A stretch of DNA of 32,995 nt from Octopus bimaculoides (GCF_001194135.2 NC_068981.1:164333973-164366967), one strand, 5' to 3'; shown: positions 11,261 through 23,569, counted from the stretch's first letter. Notes: generated by a model from the letters alone, not told the origin. A program made the numbers and translations.

Positions 11261-11749
11261 TATATATAGATAACTATTTAACCCCTTTCTCATCACATGT
11301 TTCCTTCGTCTACCTTTTTATATCTCGCCTATCAATCATCTATCTTGTTCCTGCCGGTTTCTTTTTAGCCAACTTTATTTTGTATTCCAAACTGTGGAGC
11401 AGTTTTCGCTCAGCTATTTTCCCGCCACAAAACTAATTTTTTTTTTCCTTTTTCTCCTTGTAACTTGGTCGTATATATGGCCATGTTGTCTTTCCACTGT
11501 TTCTCTGCATGACTAGATGGCTGCTTAGCCGGACGGACGCATTCCTATTCGGACGGATGGTTCATTATATAGAAAGATAGAAGGATTGATAGATGGGTGA
11601 TCGGAACCTTTTGTAATAAGTATCAAGCTATTCACCAGAGTGAGATATGACAGCTTTGGTACCTACTTAGTAAAACATCCCCGAACCAGACTGAAAACAA
11701 TTGCTGTGCAAAGCCTTTCACTGGCGCAGACGAATGATATAAACTCTAC

Positions 11750-11986
11750 CATTATCACTCACTCCTCCAGTTTCTTCTTCTTTACTATCATTTCTGTATT
11801 AGTACTACAGCCCTCGCCACTACCACCACTGCCGCTATCACAACCACCACAGTCACTACGACCACTACAACCACCACAACCACCATTATCCTGCCACTTA
11901 GAAAACAATTCTAACACTACTATTTGCATCAACATCACAACCGCCGACGCCACCACCTTCTTTATCATTATAGAAATCTACCATAT

Positions 11987-12024
<38 letters not shown>

Positions 12025-12055
12025 GATGCTGCTGCTGCTGCTGCTGCGGCAACTG

Positions 12056-12103
<48 letters not shown>

Positions 12104-12240
12104 TTACTGCTACTGCTACTGCTACTGCTGCTGCTGCTGCCGTTACAACGATAACAATCACTATCATCGCTACTACCACCAGCAAGAACACCATCATCAT
12201 CACGACCGTCCAGAATAACTGCAAAAACAGCAACAATAAT
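11750..12240. repeat. Compound trinucleotide low-complexity tract (ACC/ACT/GCT/ACA units)
   Basis: Direct reading. It explains the poly-Y/L/S/V ORFs in the track. Confidence 0.9.
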
Positions 12241-12383
12241 AAAGGCTTCAAATTCGGTCCATGTGCCTAGAGAAGAAAAATAATGTATGCACACACACAT
12301 AAATATATATCACACATTCACACACACGCACCAACACACACGCGCGGACACACGCACACACACATATTCCGAACACATACAAA

Positions 12384-12585
12384 CACAAAGCCAGCAATTG
12401 GGGAGGGAGGATGCTAGTTGATTACATCACCTTGGACATCAGCTGGTACTTATTTTATCGACCTCGAAAATGTGAAAGGTAAAGTCGACCTCGGCGAAAT
12501 TTGAACTCTGAAGGTAAAGAGAAAGAAGAAATGCCGCTAAGCATTTTGTCCTACTCGCTAACGTTCCTGCCGACTCGCCGCCTTA
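12384..12585 (-). mobile_element. SINE family N
   Basis: Reverse complement of family N, including the 5' head GGCGGCGAGTCGGCAG. Confidence 0.85.
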
Positions 12586-12748
12586 TTTCGCCCGTTTTTA
12601 CGTTCTGAGTTCAAATTCTGTCGAGGTCGACTTTGCCTTTTCATCCTTTCGGGGTCAATAAAAGTAAGTACCAGTCAAGTACTGAGGGTCGATGTAATCA
12701 ATTTACCTCCTCCCCACAAATTTCAGGCCTATATCAAAAAAGATTATT
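12586..12748 (+). mobile_element. SINE family N, 5'-truncated, abutting the previous copy in inverted orientation
   Basis: TACGTTCTGAGTTCAAATTCTGTCGAGGTCGACTTTGCCTTTTCATCCTTTCGGGG central domain. Confidence 0.85.
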
Positions 12749-13514
12749 GAATGTAATTGAAAGGAGATTTTTGCCTCAAATTTTAGCAAAGCGAGTAACA
12801 TACGCAGAATCTCTCTCATTGAATCTTTGATCTACATGGTCAGAACGAGCCTAGAACTAAACAACAAAAACAACAACATGAACTAAGTCAAAGAAAAGGG
12901 AGAAAACAAGAACTCAAATTCAAATGTATAAAGGCCTTGTTCAATAACCCCAAATACATTTCATTTGTACTCCTGTCTATTCACTTGCATTGGTTAACAG
13001 TGAGAGTTTTAAATTACTTAAAGTTTATGTGTTTCCTTGTTGCATACCCATGAGGTCCCGAACAATCTAACAATTTATTGCTTCACCTTAACTCACAATT
13101 ACCCATGGAATGCTTTTGTATTCATACGTATGTTCTCTTTCTTTTTTGATGTAGAATAAATTTTGACTGGCCACCTGCTTAGTAGTAAGGTTGCGAAGGA
13201 AAGCGACTTGTTTTGTTCATCATCCTTTAAATTTTAAGAAGGTCAGGCAGATTTTTATTGTTCCCCATATCGTGAACATTTGTTGAGAATGAATGAATGA
13301 TTTACGTTTTCTCTCCCCAAGAATCCAAGTTCAGCCATACTTTGCCTCAGATTAGTTGGTATGTATTCTGTTTACGCCAATGATAAGTATGAAGCTGAAA
13401 GTGTATCTTGGGTACTGGATTTGCGAACTCTTTATCCATGATCCATATATGTTCTCTTTCTCTTGTATTTCTCAAAGTACATTTGGTGTCTAAGTGATTT
13501 TCACAACAGAAAAT

Positions 13515-13640
13515 GTATGTATGTATGTGTGTATGTATGCATGTATGTATGTATGTATGTATGTATGTATGTATGTATGTATGTATGTATGTATGTATGC
13601 ATGCATGTATGTATGTATGTATGTATGTATATATGCAAGC
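13515..13640. repeat. (ATGT)n microsatellite
   Basis: Direct reading. Confidence 0.95.
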
Positions 13641-13827
13641 ATGCATGTGGAGATTGATATAAAACTACACATAGGCATTCACGCAAGATCTCCTGTTTTT
13701 TTTCTTTGTACTTCCAGTAGTATAGTTATGATTATGTTAAAATGTGTTTAAACTGTACTTATGTATGGAAAACATACGCAAAACATTCACTCGCTTGCTC
13801 GCTCACTCACATACACATATACACTAT

Positions 13828-14124
13828 GGCGGCGAGCTGGCAGAACCGTTAGCACACCGGGCGAAATGCTTAGCGGTATTTCGTCTGCCCGCTACGTTCT
13901 GAGTTCAAATTCCGCCGAGGTCGACTTTGCCTTTCATCCTTTCGGGGTCGATTAAATAAGTACCAGTTACGCACNNNNNNNNNNTCGACTTTGCCTTTCA
14001 TCCTTTCGGGGTCGATTAAATAAGTACCAGTTACGCACTGGGGTCGATATAATCGATTTAATCCGTTTGTCTGTCCTTGTTTGTCCCCTCTGTGTGTAGC
14101 CCCTTGTGGGTAGTAAAGAAATAA
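13828..14124 (+). mobile_element. SINE family N, best-preserved copy (54-bp assembly overlap across a 10-N gap)
   Basis: Head GGCGGCGAGCTGGCAGAACCGTTAGC, B-box-like GAGTTCAAATTCC, central domain and A-rich tail. 13921-13974 is repeated at 13985-14038. Confidence 0.92.
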
Positions 14125-14639
14125 CACATATACACACATGCACTCACACATGAATAGAAGCGAATGACTATGTGTGTGCACGCGTGTGTGTGTGTGTGTA
14201 TATATGTTTGTGTGCGTGTGCCCCTATGTTTTATTCAATGCAAATCGGAATGGTTATGGCATTCGATAGAGATACTTAAACGGAGTGCTCGAGGTTACAT
14301 GTATATAAGAATTTCACAGTTTAACAGTAGCAGTAGTATTAGTAGTCTGCCTGAAGTGTGCGCATGCGTTATCGTTGCCATTATTATGCAGGTGCCTGAT
14401 CAGAGCAGACCCGAAATCACACACCTCATCAATATCTATTACTCCAAAATATTTTCAATAGGATTCATCGAACAAAAAATAACTGTCTAATTCTCTTGNN
14501 NNNNNNNNNNNNNNNNNNNNNNNNNNNNNNNNNNNNNNNNNNNNNNNNNNNNNNNNNNNNNNNNNNNNNNNNNNNNNNNNNNNNNNNNNNNNNNNNNNNN
14601 NNNNNNNNNNNNNNNNNNNNNNNNNNNNNNNNNNNNNNN

Positions 14640-14935
14640 GTGTTTATTGAGCGAAAACACCTAAAGCTCCATGAGGCTCCGGCAGGGGATGGTGGCGAAC
14701 CTTGCTGTACTCTTTCACCACAACTTTCACTTTTACTTCCTGTTTCTGTTGTGCTTTTAATTCAAAGGGTCAGCCTTGTCACACTGTGTCACACTGAATA
14801 TCCCTGAGAACTATGTTAAGGGTACACGTGTCTGTGGGGTGCTCAGCCACTTGCACGTTAATTTCACGAGCAGGTTGTTCTGTTGATCGGATCAACTGGA
14901 ACCCTCGACGTCGTAAGCAACGGAGTGCCAACAAC
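14640..14935 (+). mobile_element. tRNA SINE, head-2 body plus tail module B (head in N gap)
   Basis: Body TTTATTGAGCGAAAACACCTAAAGCTCC followed by module B (CAGCCACTTGCACGTTAATTTCACGAG...GGATCAACTGGAACCCTCG). Confidence 0.85.
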
Positions 14936-15114
14936 ATAAAGAGCATGCTAAATATTGCAGTTCAGAAAGGAAGGTGCGATGGCAACGACTAGTGAGCCTT
15001 TGATCGTATGTCTGGTCATTCAGTAAAATGATTTATAGTATAAAGAACTGTCATACTCTCTTTAGAGGAGTTATCCATTTGAGTAACGCGAGCCCAATAT
15101 TTTCAGTGGTAATA

Positions 15115-15255
15115 TATATATTTTATTGACTTCGAAAGGATGGAAAGTTGAGTCAAACTGGTCAAGGTTTGAACTGAGAATGTAAAAAATACACAGCAAA
15201 ATAACGAAAGACAATTTGTTGACCATGTTAACGATGTTGCCAATACTCTGCCCTT
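15115..15255 (-). mobile_element. Degenerate SINE family N
   Basis: TTTTATTGACTTCGAAAGGATGGAAAG..GAGTCAA...TTTGAACTGAGAATGTAAA similarity. Confidence 0.55.
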
Positions 15256-15799
15256 ACCAATGAGCGTAGGTTCGAAACGTCAAAAACTTTTTCATTTTTC
15301 CCGAGCGTTAAGTTAATACACCTACTTGTTATTCCCTCACCTGTATCTGTCCTTTGTTTTCTGTACATTTGAGCCGTATATATTCGCAACTAAGGACGGT
15401 AATGATTTCTAACATACATCTATTACGTCCGCAAGTTTTTGGAGAGGGGGAAGCGAGTATAATCGATTAAATAGACTACAGTAAGTACTGAAGTCGATTG
15501 GTGGAAAGTATAGACAACAATATATACCCCCCACCCAAATTTGTGAACTAAGTTTCTGTTACTTTAATTTGGCACTTTAGTTTATTGACTCGTGCGGGAT
15601 TCGAGCTCAGAATATGAACAGTCGTATTGAAATGCAACAATGTGGTATTTTGTTAGTCACTCTATCGATCCTGTCAATTCATCACCCGTACCAATCCATT
15701 GAGTTACCCAAAGTTAATATTTTATCTCTAGCATAGTCGTACAGCCACAATAATTTTAATTGGTTGATAACACCTTTGTGAGACTCTGCTCTTTTATTA

Positions 15800-16250
15800 T
15801 TTTCGGCCCTCTGACCAGTTATTTCAAATCCAACGCAGTCAACTTTTCCTTTCACCTTTTCTGGGTCGGTAAATAAAGTATAAGTCCACGAAGGAAGATT
15901 GGCACAACTGAAAGAGAGTTGAACCGAGTACTTAGTATCCTTTTTCTACTCTCTTCGGTCTAAGTTCAAATTCCATCGCCTAACACCGGTTGTCTTGTGA
16001 TGGGGTACGTGTCAAGATCTCATTAACGACAGAAGAAGTGATGCATCATTTACAGCAATTTCGCTGTCTCATTAATATAATGAGCTAACTAGCTGCCTCC
16101 TAAAAGCATCGGAAAATATGCTTTACAGCATTTGTTCTAATACTTTACATTTTGTGTTCAAACGCAAATGAAGACAATTTTGCCTTTCATTCCCTCCAGC
16201 AAGAGCGGTAAGATAAAGTACTTGGAAATGGATGCGTCGCGTTCAATTAA
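15800..16250 (+). mobile_element. Two degenerate SINE family N fragments (~15800-15890 and ~16090-16250)
   Basis: TTCAAA..C..CG.AGTCAACTTT.CCTTTCA motif remnants. Confidence 0.45.
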
Positions 16251-16280
16251 ATAATAAATAATATAATATATATACATGCG

Positions 16281-16478
16281 TGTGTTTGTCCCCCCCCCCT
16301 CCCACCAACATCGCTTGACATGCGATGCTGGTGTGTTTACGTCCCCGTAACTTAGCGGTTCGGCAAAAAGCGGCTCGGAGACGGATAGAATAAGTACTAG
16401 GCTTACAAAGAATAACTCCTGGGTTGATTTGCATGGCCGCAGTCAGATGACTGAAATAAGTAAAAGAATAAAAGAATA
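16281..16478 (+). mobile_element. 3' half of family C SINE
   Basis: GTGTTTACGTCCCCGTAACTTAGCGGTTCGGCAAAA...GATAGAATAAGTACTAGGCTTAC...GCATGGCCGCAGTCA.ATGACTGAAA, ending in an AAAGAAT tail. Homologous to the reverse complement of 32163-32330. Confidence 0.85.
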
Positions 16479-16679
16479 TGGGTACAGGACGTCACCGACG
16501 GTGCAAATAACATGAAATGCGTGAACAAACGAGGGAAAACGAGTTATTGAATGCTCGAAATGAGAAGTAGACAGGTAGCCGACAAATGATGAAGGGTCTT
16601 TTCTCTGTGTTTACTTGTCCTATTTTCCACTCTTCTCGTTGTTTACGTTATTTGCACCATTGATGATGCCTTGTACCCA
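16479..16679. mobile_element. 201-bp MITE with ~33-bp imperfect TIRs inserted at the SINE tail
   Basis: ATATGGGTACAGGACGTCACCGACGGTGCAAATAAC versus the reverse complement of the right end, ATATGGGTACAAGGCATCATCAATGGTGCAAATAAC: 30/36 including flanks, all mismatches transitions. Flanked by TA (or AT). Confidence 0.8.
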
Positions 16680-17050
16680 TATATGCATATATATATAATA
16701 TTTAGTATTTATAAAATAAAATAGTACCCAATTACTGGGGCTAAGGGAATCGAGTACCCTCCCCTTAAAACTACTAATCTTGAGCCAAAATTTAAATTCA
16801 TTAATAGAACGAACGTACCCTACCTATACAAAGCGGGTTAAATATTAAAACAGAAGAAAAAGAAGCTTTACAGATATTTTATAACAAGGACAGTCTTAAC
16901 TCATACCAGCCGTGATAAAATGTAAGACAAAGCATTTTGTGAGATTTGTGCTCAAAGTGTAAGAAGTAACAAAAAAGATAGGAGGTATATGATTCAACCT
17001 ATCTACTGAATTTCTCAACCTACCAAGGCTATTGATAATTAATTCTAACA

Positions 17051-17590
17051 TAGGCACAAACCCTGAAATATATGGGAATGGATCCTAGTGCTTGACCGGT
17101 ACCTTATTTTGTCGACCTCGAAACGATGAAAGAAAGTTGATATATATTGGCTTCAAATTTTGACACGGAGCCAGCTGTTTTAGGAGAAGGGTAAGTCGAC
17201 TACATAGACCTCATTGCTTAACTGGTGTAAATTTTCATCGGATGAAAAGTAGAGTCAATCTCAGCAGATTTGAAGTCAGAACACAGTGACGGAAGAAATA
17301 CCCGAAAGCATTTTCTTTGACGCTTTAACGATTCTAGCAATCCATTGCGCTTATCAAATCTAATAGTAACTGTTTCTTAATTAATTTAGGAACAATGCAG
17401 GCAATTTCCTGTGGATGGGTTTGTTGGTTACATCGAGTCCAATGCTCAAACTGGTACTTCATTGTTTTGACTCCGAAAAGATGAAAAGCAAAGTTGACTT
17501 CTGTAGTATTTGAAATCAGAATATGATTAGCCATAACTAAATATCTCAGGACTTCTATCCGATCCTTTAGCGATTCTGCCAAGTCACCAT
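17051..17590 (-). mobile_element. Train of three degenerate family N SINEs (~17051-17135, 17150-17352, 17390-17590)
   Basis: Each shows GGTAC.T.ATTTT..GAC.CCGAAA.GATGAAAG remnants in the same orientation. Confidence 0.65.
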
Positions 17591-18787
17591 CCTACCAAAA
17601 CTAACGATAACAAAGTGTTACTCTGTCACTTTAACACGTATCGATCGAAATCGTTTGCAGGCTTTCATCTTGCGTAGCTTGAGGGCTATTTCGGTGTACA
17701 CACTTGCGCAAGCACACACACACATGCACGCGTGCGCGCGTGATTTATTGTCTTTCTTTTTCTACCATCATTGGTGATATGTACTTTATAAGGGGTTTAA
17801 ATATCTCCTCTAAATCTTCTGTTTATTGTCTTTAACTCCTAATTTTCTCCCTTTTTTTTTATCTTCACAATTTCTTTAAGTAAAAACACTACAAAAAGAG
17901 GTAAAACATGACCAAAACGAAAGCACAAAATATAAAATACAATAAAAACAAAATCAGAAAAAAAAATATTGCGGCTCAAACAATGGAAATATTTGCCAGT
18001 CACGTCTTCTGGCAGTAAAATCAAATCTGAGAACAGTTTCTGTTGTGGATTGCCAAGGCAACTAAGTAACTAGATAGACCACATTGGTTTTGCTACTAAA
18101 TCTAACGTTTCACACGAAGACGAGAAAATGAGAGCGGAAGAAGGAAAGAGNNNNNNNNNNNNNNNNNNNNNNNNNNNNNNNNNNNNNNNNNNNNNNNNNN
18201 NNNNNNNNNNNNNNNNNNNNNNNNNNNNNNNNNNNNNNNNNNNNNNNNNNNNNNNNNNNNNNNNNNNNNNNNNNNNNNNNNNNNNNNNNNNNNNNNNNNN
18301 NNNNNNNNNNNNNNNNNNNNNNNNNNNNNNNNNNNNNNNNNNNNNNNNNNNNNNNNNNNNNNNNNNNNNNNNNNNNNNNNNNNNNNNNNNNNNNNNNNNN
18401 NNNNNNNNNNNNNNNNNNNNNNNNNNNNNNNNNNNNNNNNNNNNNNNNNNNNNNNNNNNNNNNNNNNNNNNNNNNNNNNNNNNNNNNNNNNNNNNNNNNN
18501 NNNNNNNNNNNNNNNNNNNNNNNNNNNNNNNNNNNNNNNNNNNNNNNNNNNNNNNNNNNNNNNNNNNNNNNNNNNNNNNNNNNNNNNNNNNNNNNNNNNN
18601 NNNNNNNNNNNNNNNNNNNNNNNNNNNNNNNNNNNNNNNNNNNNNNNNNNNNNNNNNNNNNNNNNNNNNNNNNNNNNNNNNNNNNNNNNNNNNNNNNNNN
18701 NNNNNNNNNNNNNNNNNNNNNNNNNNNNNNNNNNNNATATATATATATATATATATATACACATATGTATATACATGGAAGCACAAT

Positions 18788-19125
18788 GGTTAGGAGGCCC
18801 AGTGGTTAGGATCGCGGTTTCGATTCCCAGACCGAGCGTTGTGAATGTTTATTGAGCGAAAACACCTAAAGCTCCACGAAGCTCCGGCAGGGGATGGTGG
18901 CGAACCCTGCTGTATTCTTTCGCCACAACTTTCTCTCACTCTTTCTTCCTGTTTCTGTTGTACGGGTATTTCGAAGAGCCAACCTTGTCACACTCTGTGT
19001 TGCGCTGAATCTTCCCGAGAACTACGTTAAGGGCACACGTGTCTGTGGAGTAGTCAGCCACTTGCACGTTAATTTCACGAGTAGGCTGTTCCGTGAATCG
19101 GATCAACTGGAACCCTCGTCGTCAC
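18788..19125 (+). mobile_element. tRNA SINE, head 2 (internally deleted) plus body plus tail module B
   Basis: GGCCCAGTGGTTAGG..ATCGCGGTTTCGATTCCCAGACC head, body, and module B as at 14640. Confidence 0.88.
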
Positions 19126-19371
19126 TATCCATTGAGAATAATGTCTACATATATGCTAGCATGTGTGAAATCATAGTATTGTTTTTAAAACAACATGCAC
19201 ACGTATACACGTCTACGTTGACACAAATGTTACAACGCACACTGACACACACGCACACATATATATGAATATATGTATGCGTACAGGAGTACTTGAATAC
19301 ACACTATGCATACAAATAAATACTTTCCCTGGCTGTATTGAACTTATAAATCTATAAATCGTGTCTGTATA

Positions 19372-19920
19372 CACGAGGGTAAGTTATAAATTATCTGCAA
19401 TAAATTTATCATTTTGTTTATTGGCGGGAAAAGCAGTTTTCACGCGCATCATTAGACGTGATCTCCTTGTCAGCACGCTGCACATTTGAACCTGAAACGT
19501 ATTGATCTTATAGCACTTCATCAATAAACGCCCTTCATTTTAACAGCACTATGTCACCGACTCGGTAAATATTGTTGTCAGCACAGGACGCGGTCACGTG
19601 CCCAGCTCTAACATTCAATCTTCAGAAGAGGAGACGTTGTTAAAAAACACAAAGAAAACTCGCTATCTTCAATTCGGTTGCTGTGCCTATGGAGGAGGTG
19701 CCTGAGGCCTCTACATCGACGACCTTCTCAGGAATAGAGAAGGTGGCTGACTGGCACGCTGGCTGGCTGGTTGGATAGTTGGATTGATGGATGGATTCAA
19801 ATCTGATCGACAGCAAAATACTTTTCTCATAATGTCCTCAAAATTTTTGATGGATTTCGTCTTCTGGTAAATCTTCCATCCACAAAAACACTTGCGGAAT
19901 GCTTTTATTTGACCGTAGGA
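19372..19920 (-). mobile_element. Decayed, internally deleted mariner (DD34D-type) element
   Basis: TA|CACGAGGGTAAGTTATAAATTATC TIR-like end at 19372. Minus-strand FLWMEDLPEDEIHQKF*GHY (19849-19890) resembles the mariner N-terminal FLWxEGxxxxEIH motif. Confidence 0.55.
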
Positions 19921-20085
19921 TCCACTATTATTCCATCTTTGGAACAGAGAACAGGAGTTGACTGGCGAGGCTAGTTGAATATCTGCGCATATCCGCTCAC
20001 ATTCATTGTCTCGGTTCTCTTTAAAATGCTGATTTATCGCACTTCAGTAAATACTTTACCTGCAAATGTTCTTTTTCCTGATAAA

Positions 20086-20962
20086 TTAGAATTTTAAAAA
20101 ATTCTGTAGTAATTTATGCTTAATGTCTTGAAGCACAGATATTCCTGAGATGTTTTCATCGAACCAATCGTTGTGTTTATGTATCCTGAAGCCAAAAATG
20201 TTGGCACACATAACAAAAGAGAAAACAAAAACCCAGAAAAACGTAAAAACAGAATTAGCAAGAACTAAAAAGAGATACAATTATCGCTGTGTCTAGGTGG
20301 GTTTCTCATCACTCAACAATTTTGGAGCATTCGTGTAAACGCTTTTCTAACATCCAGCTTCAGTTTTTGTTCGTAAAAGGCAGAGATCCGTCTGCTGCAT
20401 AAATTTTCACAAGTTTTTAATTCTATGCAGGTCACATGTATAACGCTTACATATAATGAAGTCAATAAGATGACTCTGTTTCGGACGAAGATTTTTCGGA
20501 CAGGATTTTATGCTGAAGTTTCCGATGGAGCCGTGTGTCTCCTAATACAATATTCAATTCCATGACATTTCTGACTCTCATAGAAAAGAGATGAGGATTC
20601 TTATCTTGAGGGAAGAGATGCTGCATAAAGAGAGGAGGAACTCATATGACGAAGGTAGTACACGAAATTTACTGATTCAGTCACTCACCTTGGATAGCAA
20701 CTCATCTGTTTATCAACTAGCTTCTTCCTAATCACAAAGCTAACACCATCCGCTCGTTTTTCGTCTGCCAGACTACTAGATCTCAAAAAGCTATAGCCAC
20801 TTGCCATTTTGATTAACTGACCATCCTCTGAAAACCACATCTCAGAAAAAGCAGCAACATTAGTCTTATACCAATTAAACTCTGATGCAAAGATTTCTGA
20901 TAATCCATTAGGGTTCGCACACTCCAGCTACACACTCGTAGAGGCATCCTTTGTTTCTTCAT
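20086..20962 (-). mobile_element. Decayed RTE-clade LINE: APE endonuclease and linker
   Basis: Colinear minus-strand motifs with stops and frameshifts: LRVCSWSVRTLMD, AAFSEMWFSEDGQL, SGYSF, DGVSFVIR, RPKQSHLIDFIICKR, KHNDWFDENISGI (RTE/BovB-like KHQDWFDEND). Confidence 0.85.
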
Positions 20963-21419
20963 ATTTTCACATTTATTGCTCCCGCTCAGGTGAACAGCCG
21001 CTAGTGGCAGTAAACTGAAAAGCGTATGGTACAGACAATATTCGGGACATTGTGCTTCTTTTAGTCTTAGCCAATGAAGGAAATCTAGAAGACAGTGGGA
21101 AGTTGAGATATAAGGTTTTTCATTTACTTGACCGATTTCATGACTAAAACTAGGAGTGTCTCCATCATTTGCAAATAATATTACAGCACGCGTTCACTAT
21201 CTCGTGTGTTTTATGTTCTCGTGCATTGTTGATTGGTGGTCGTTGACCTTATGCTGAATCAATTCCCCGATTGACAGGAGCTGTTTTCTCCAATAAGGCT
21301 TTTAGCAACCTTTCTCGCTCTTCTCTCCTACTAGGGAAGCCGATTTGGCCACCAATGACCCAACACGAACACGAGTTATACTAGATCACATTTTAACAGT
21401 AGTGTTATTTTTGATCACG

Positions 21420-21460
<41 letters not shown>

Positions 21461-21560
21461 ACACACACACACACACACACAGAGATACAGACACAGATAA
21501 ACACGCAAACAGACACACGCACACGCACACAAAAACACGCACACACACGCACGCACACAT
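21420..21560. repeat. (CG)n/(CA)n compound microsatellite
   Basis: Direct reading. Confidence 0.9.
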
Positions 21561-21994
21561 ACTTACGTGCGCACACACTTGCTTATATATTTATTATTTA
21601 GCTGTAATCTTATAGAAATGACTAATGGGCCAAGGGCTTCGTGCATTGCGCTTAACGAAATTTTCGGTTCCTGAATCGCTCATGTTATTTTACAGATAAT
21701 TTCTACCAAATATATACACATGTTATAGGTCGGACCTTGACTGTAAAACAGTCACATAGTTTCGAGTTGGGTTCGGACTCGAAACTATGTGGCTGTGAAT
21801 CGAACTTCTTAACCACACAGTCTTGACTGAGCTTATCTACATCTTATAAATGAAACAGCATCTGTGTTTATGTGGTCGGGTGAAAAAGTTCTTATTTCAT
21901 TGCTCACTAGTTGAACACTTACAGGAAAATTTGTTTGCGTATGGAAATTCATACCAGACATAACATACCACTCATCAGTTTTTTTTCTCTTCTT

Positions 21995-21996
<2 letters not shown>

Positions 21997-22080
<84 letters not shown>
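21997..22080. repeat. (TA)n microsatellite
   Basis: Direct reading. Confidence 0.97.
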
Positions 22081-22082
<2 letters not shown>

Positions 22083-22897
22083 CTTCTCCCTGTATATGGC
22101 TATGTAATTTGCACTGAAAATATCTTTGAAACTAAGACTTAATAAAAACATAAAATTAACTGAAAACATTGTCGTTGAATCACAACACTGACTGGATTTC
22201 ATGGTGAAACATTATAATTCTACTTCGTGATGTTATAAATCTTTTTAAATATTCAACTCCCTTTCATTGCATGTTGAGTCGGTTTACATACATATAGACA
22301 TACATACATACAAACATAAGCATATATATATATGCTTTTATATGTTTGACGCTCTAACTTTTTTCCTCTCTTTCTTAATACTGTAAAAATCGCTCCACAT
22401 CTACACTATCATTTTCAAATTTTAGTCTTCGAATTTACAGCACATTCCCAATTAGTGAGATATGTAATTTCTCTTGATTTTTAGTGTTTATTTTGTTTCA
22501 CTGTAATTTCGTGTTGATATTTTTTTTTAAGGTGGAGAAACTGTTTCAACGATAATTATATCCTTTTATATCTTTTAATTCAGCTTAATCATTATATTAT
22601 AATTTTCAGAGATATCCAATACTCCTTAGTTTGCCAAAATTTGACACGTGTGTAAATCACTGCGACGTTTCCCGTTAAGTAATTTTCCCTCACTCTCTTT
22701 GACCTCCAGTACGAACTTGTTCAAATTTAATGCCAATGAAAAAGCCACTGTGTGGTAGCTCGTTTTCCTAGAAATAACAGTCAAATATCGCTCAAATCAT
22801 TTTCTACCTCTTAAAAACGTATTATAACGAGGGAGCTGTTGCAGATTACATATTCAGAAATGCAAATTCAAACCCACGACAGAAGGGTTTTTTTCTA

Positions 22898-23184
22898 TTT
22901 ATGCGCTCATGGGCCCGGTTTCCCGGTTTCTATGGCGTATATGTTCCCCCCAGCTGGACGGGACGCCAGTCCATCGCAGCATTACTAAAGAAACAGGAAG
23001 AAAGAGTGAGAGAAAGTTGGGGGCGAAAGAGTACAACAAGGGTCACCACGTACCCCCTGCCGCAGCCTCGTGGAGCTTTAGGTGTTTTCGCTCAATAAAC
23101 ACACACAACGCCCGGTCTGGGAATCGAAACCGCGATCCTCCGACCGCCAGTCCGCTGCTCTAACCACTGGACCATTGCGCCTCC
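22898..23184 (-). mobile_element. Near full-length tRNA SINE, head 2 plus body plus tail module A
   Basis: The reverse complement gives GGAGGCGCAATGGTCCCAGTGGTTAGAGCAGCGGAC...GGTTTCGATTCCCAGACCGGGCG, then the body and tail A. Confidence 0.92.
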
Positions 23185-23569
23185 ACACTAGATAAGGTAT
23201 GCAACTCAGTAGTTTACGAATCCGAAATAACTTCAAGCTCACAAAATACGACGGTCGATAAGAAAATGTACATTGGTATGTGTGAAAGTGACTTCAAAGA
23301 GTATGAAATACTTTTATATGTATGACTCATTATTCAAGCACACCGACAAAAGAAATAAGAAATTTGCAAACCATTTCTGGAAACCGAGAGATTGCAACAC
23401 CATTTACTGTGTCGATACATAGCGGTAAAGGAAATTTGAGATAAACTATGTCTGAAAAACGATTGGATGGTCACCACTGGAATGGCTCAGATTATAAATC
23501 TGCTTAATTAGCACTGGTTTCAAATGAAACATATTCATATTTGTTTCTACGTTAGTCACAGATCATCAA

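Noticed and set aside
11640-12300. Long ORFs with poly-Y/L/V/S/A tracts
   Set aside because: Read-through of a compound trinucleotide repeat that is open in several frames on both strands. No domain or splice support.
13921-14038. Internal tandem duplication in a SINE
   Set aside because: An exact overlap on either side of a 10-N gap is typical of a scaffolding artefact.
19720-20040. ~110-codon stop-free minus-strand frame with a helix-8-like KNFEDIMRKVFCC
   Set aside because: It overlaps the mariner remnant, whose motif is in another frame, and a (TGGA/TGGC) repeat. There is no NPxxY or TM7 upstream.
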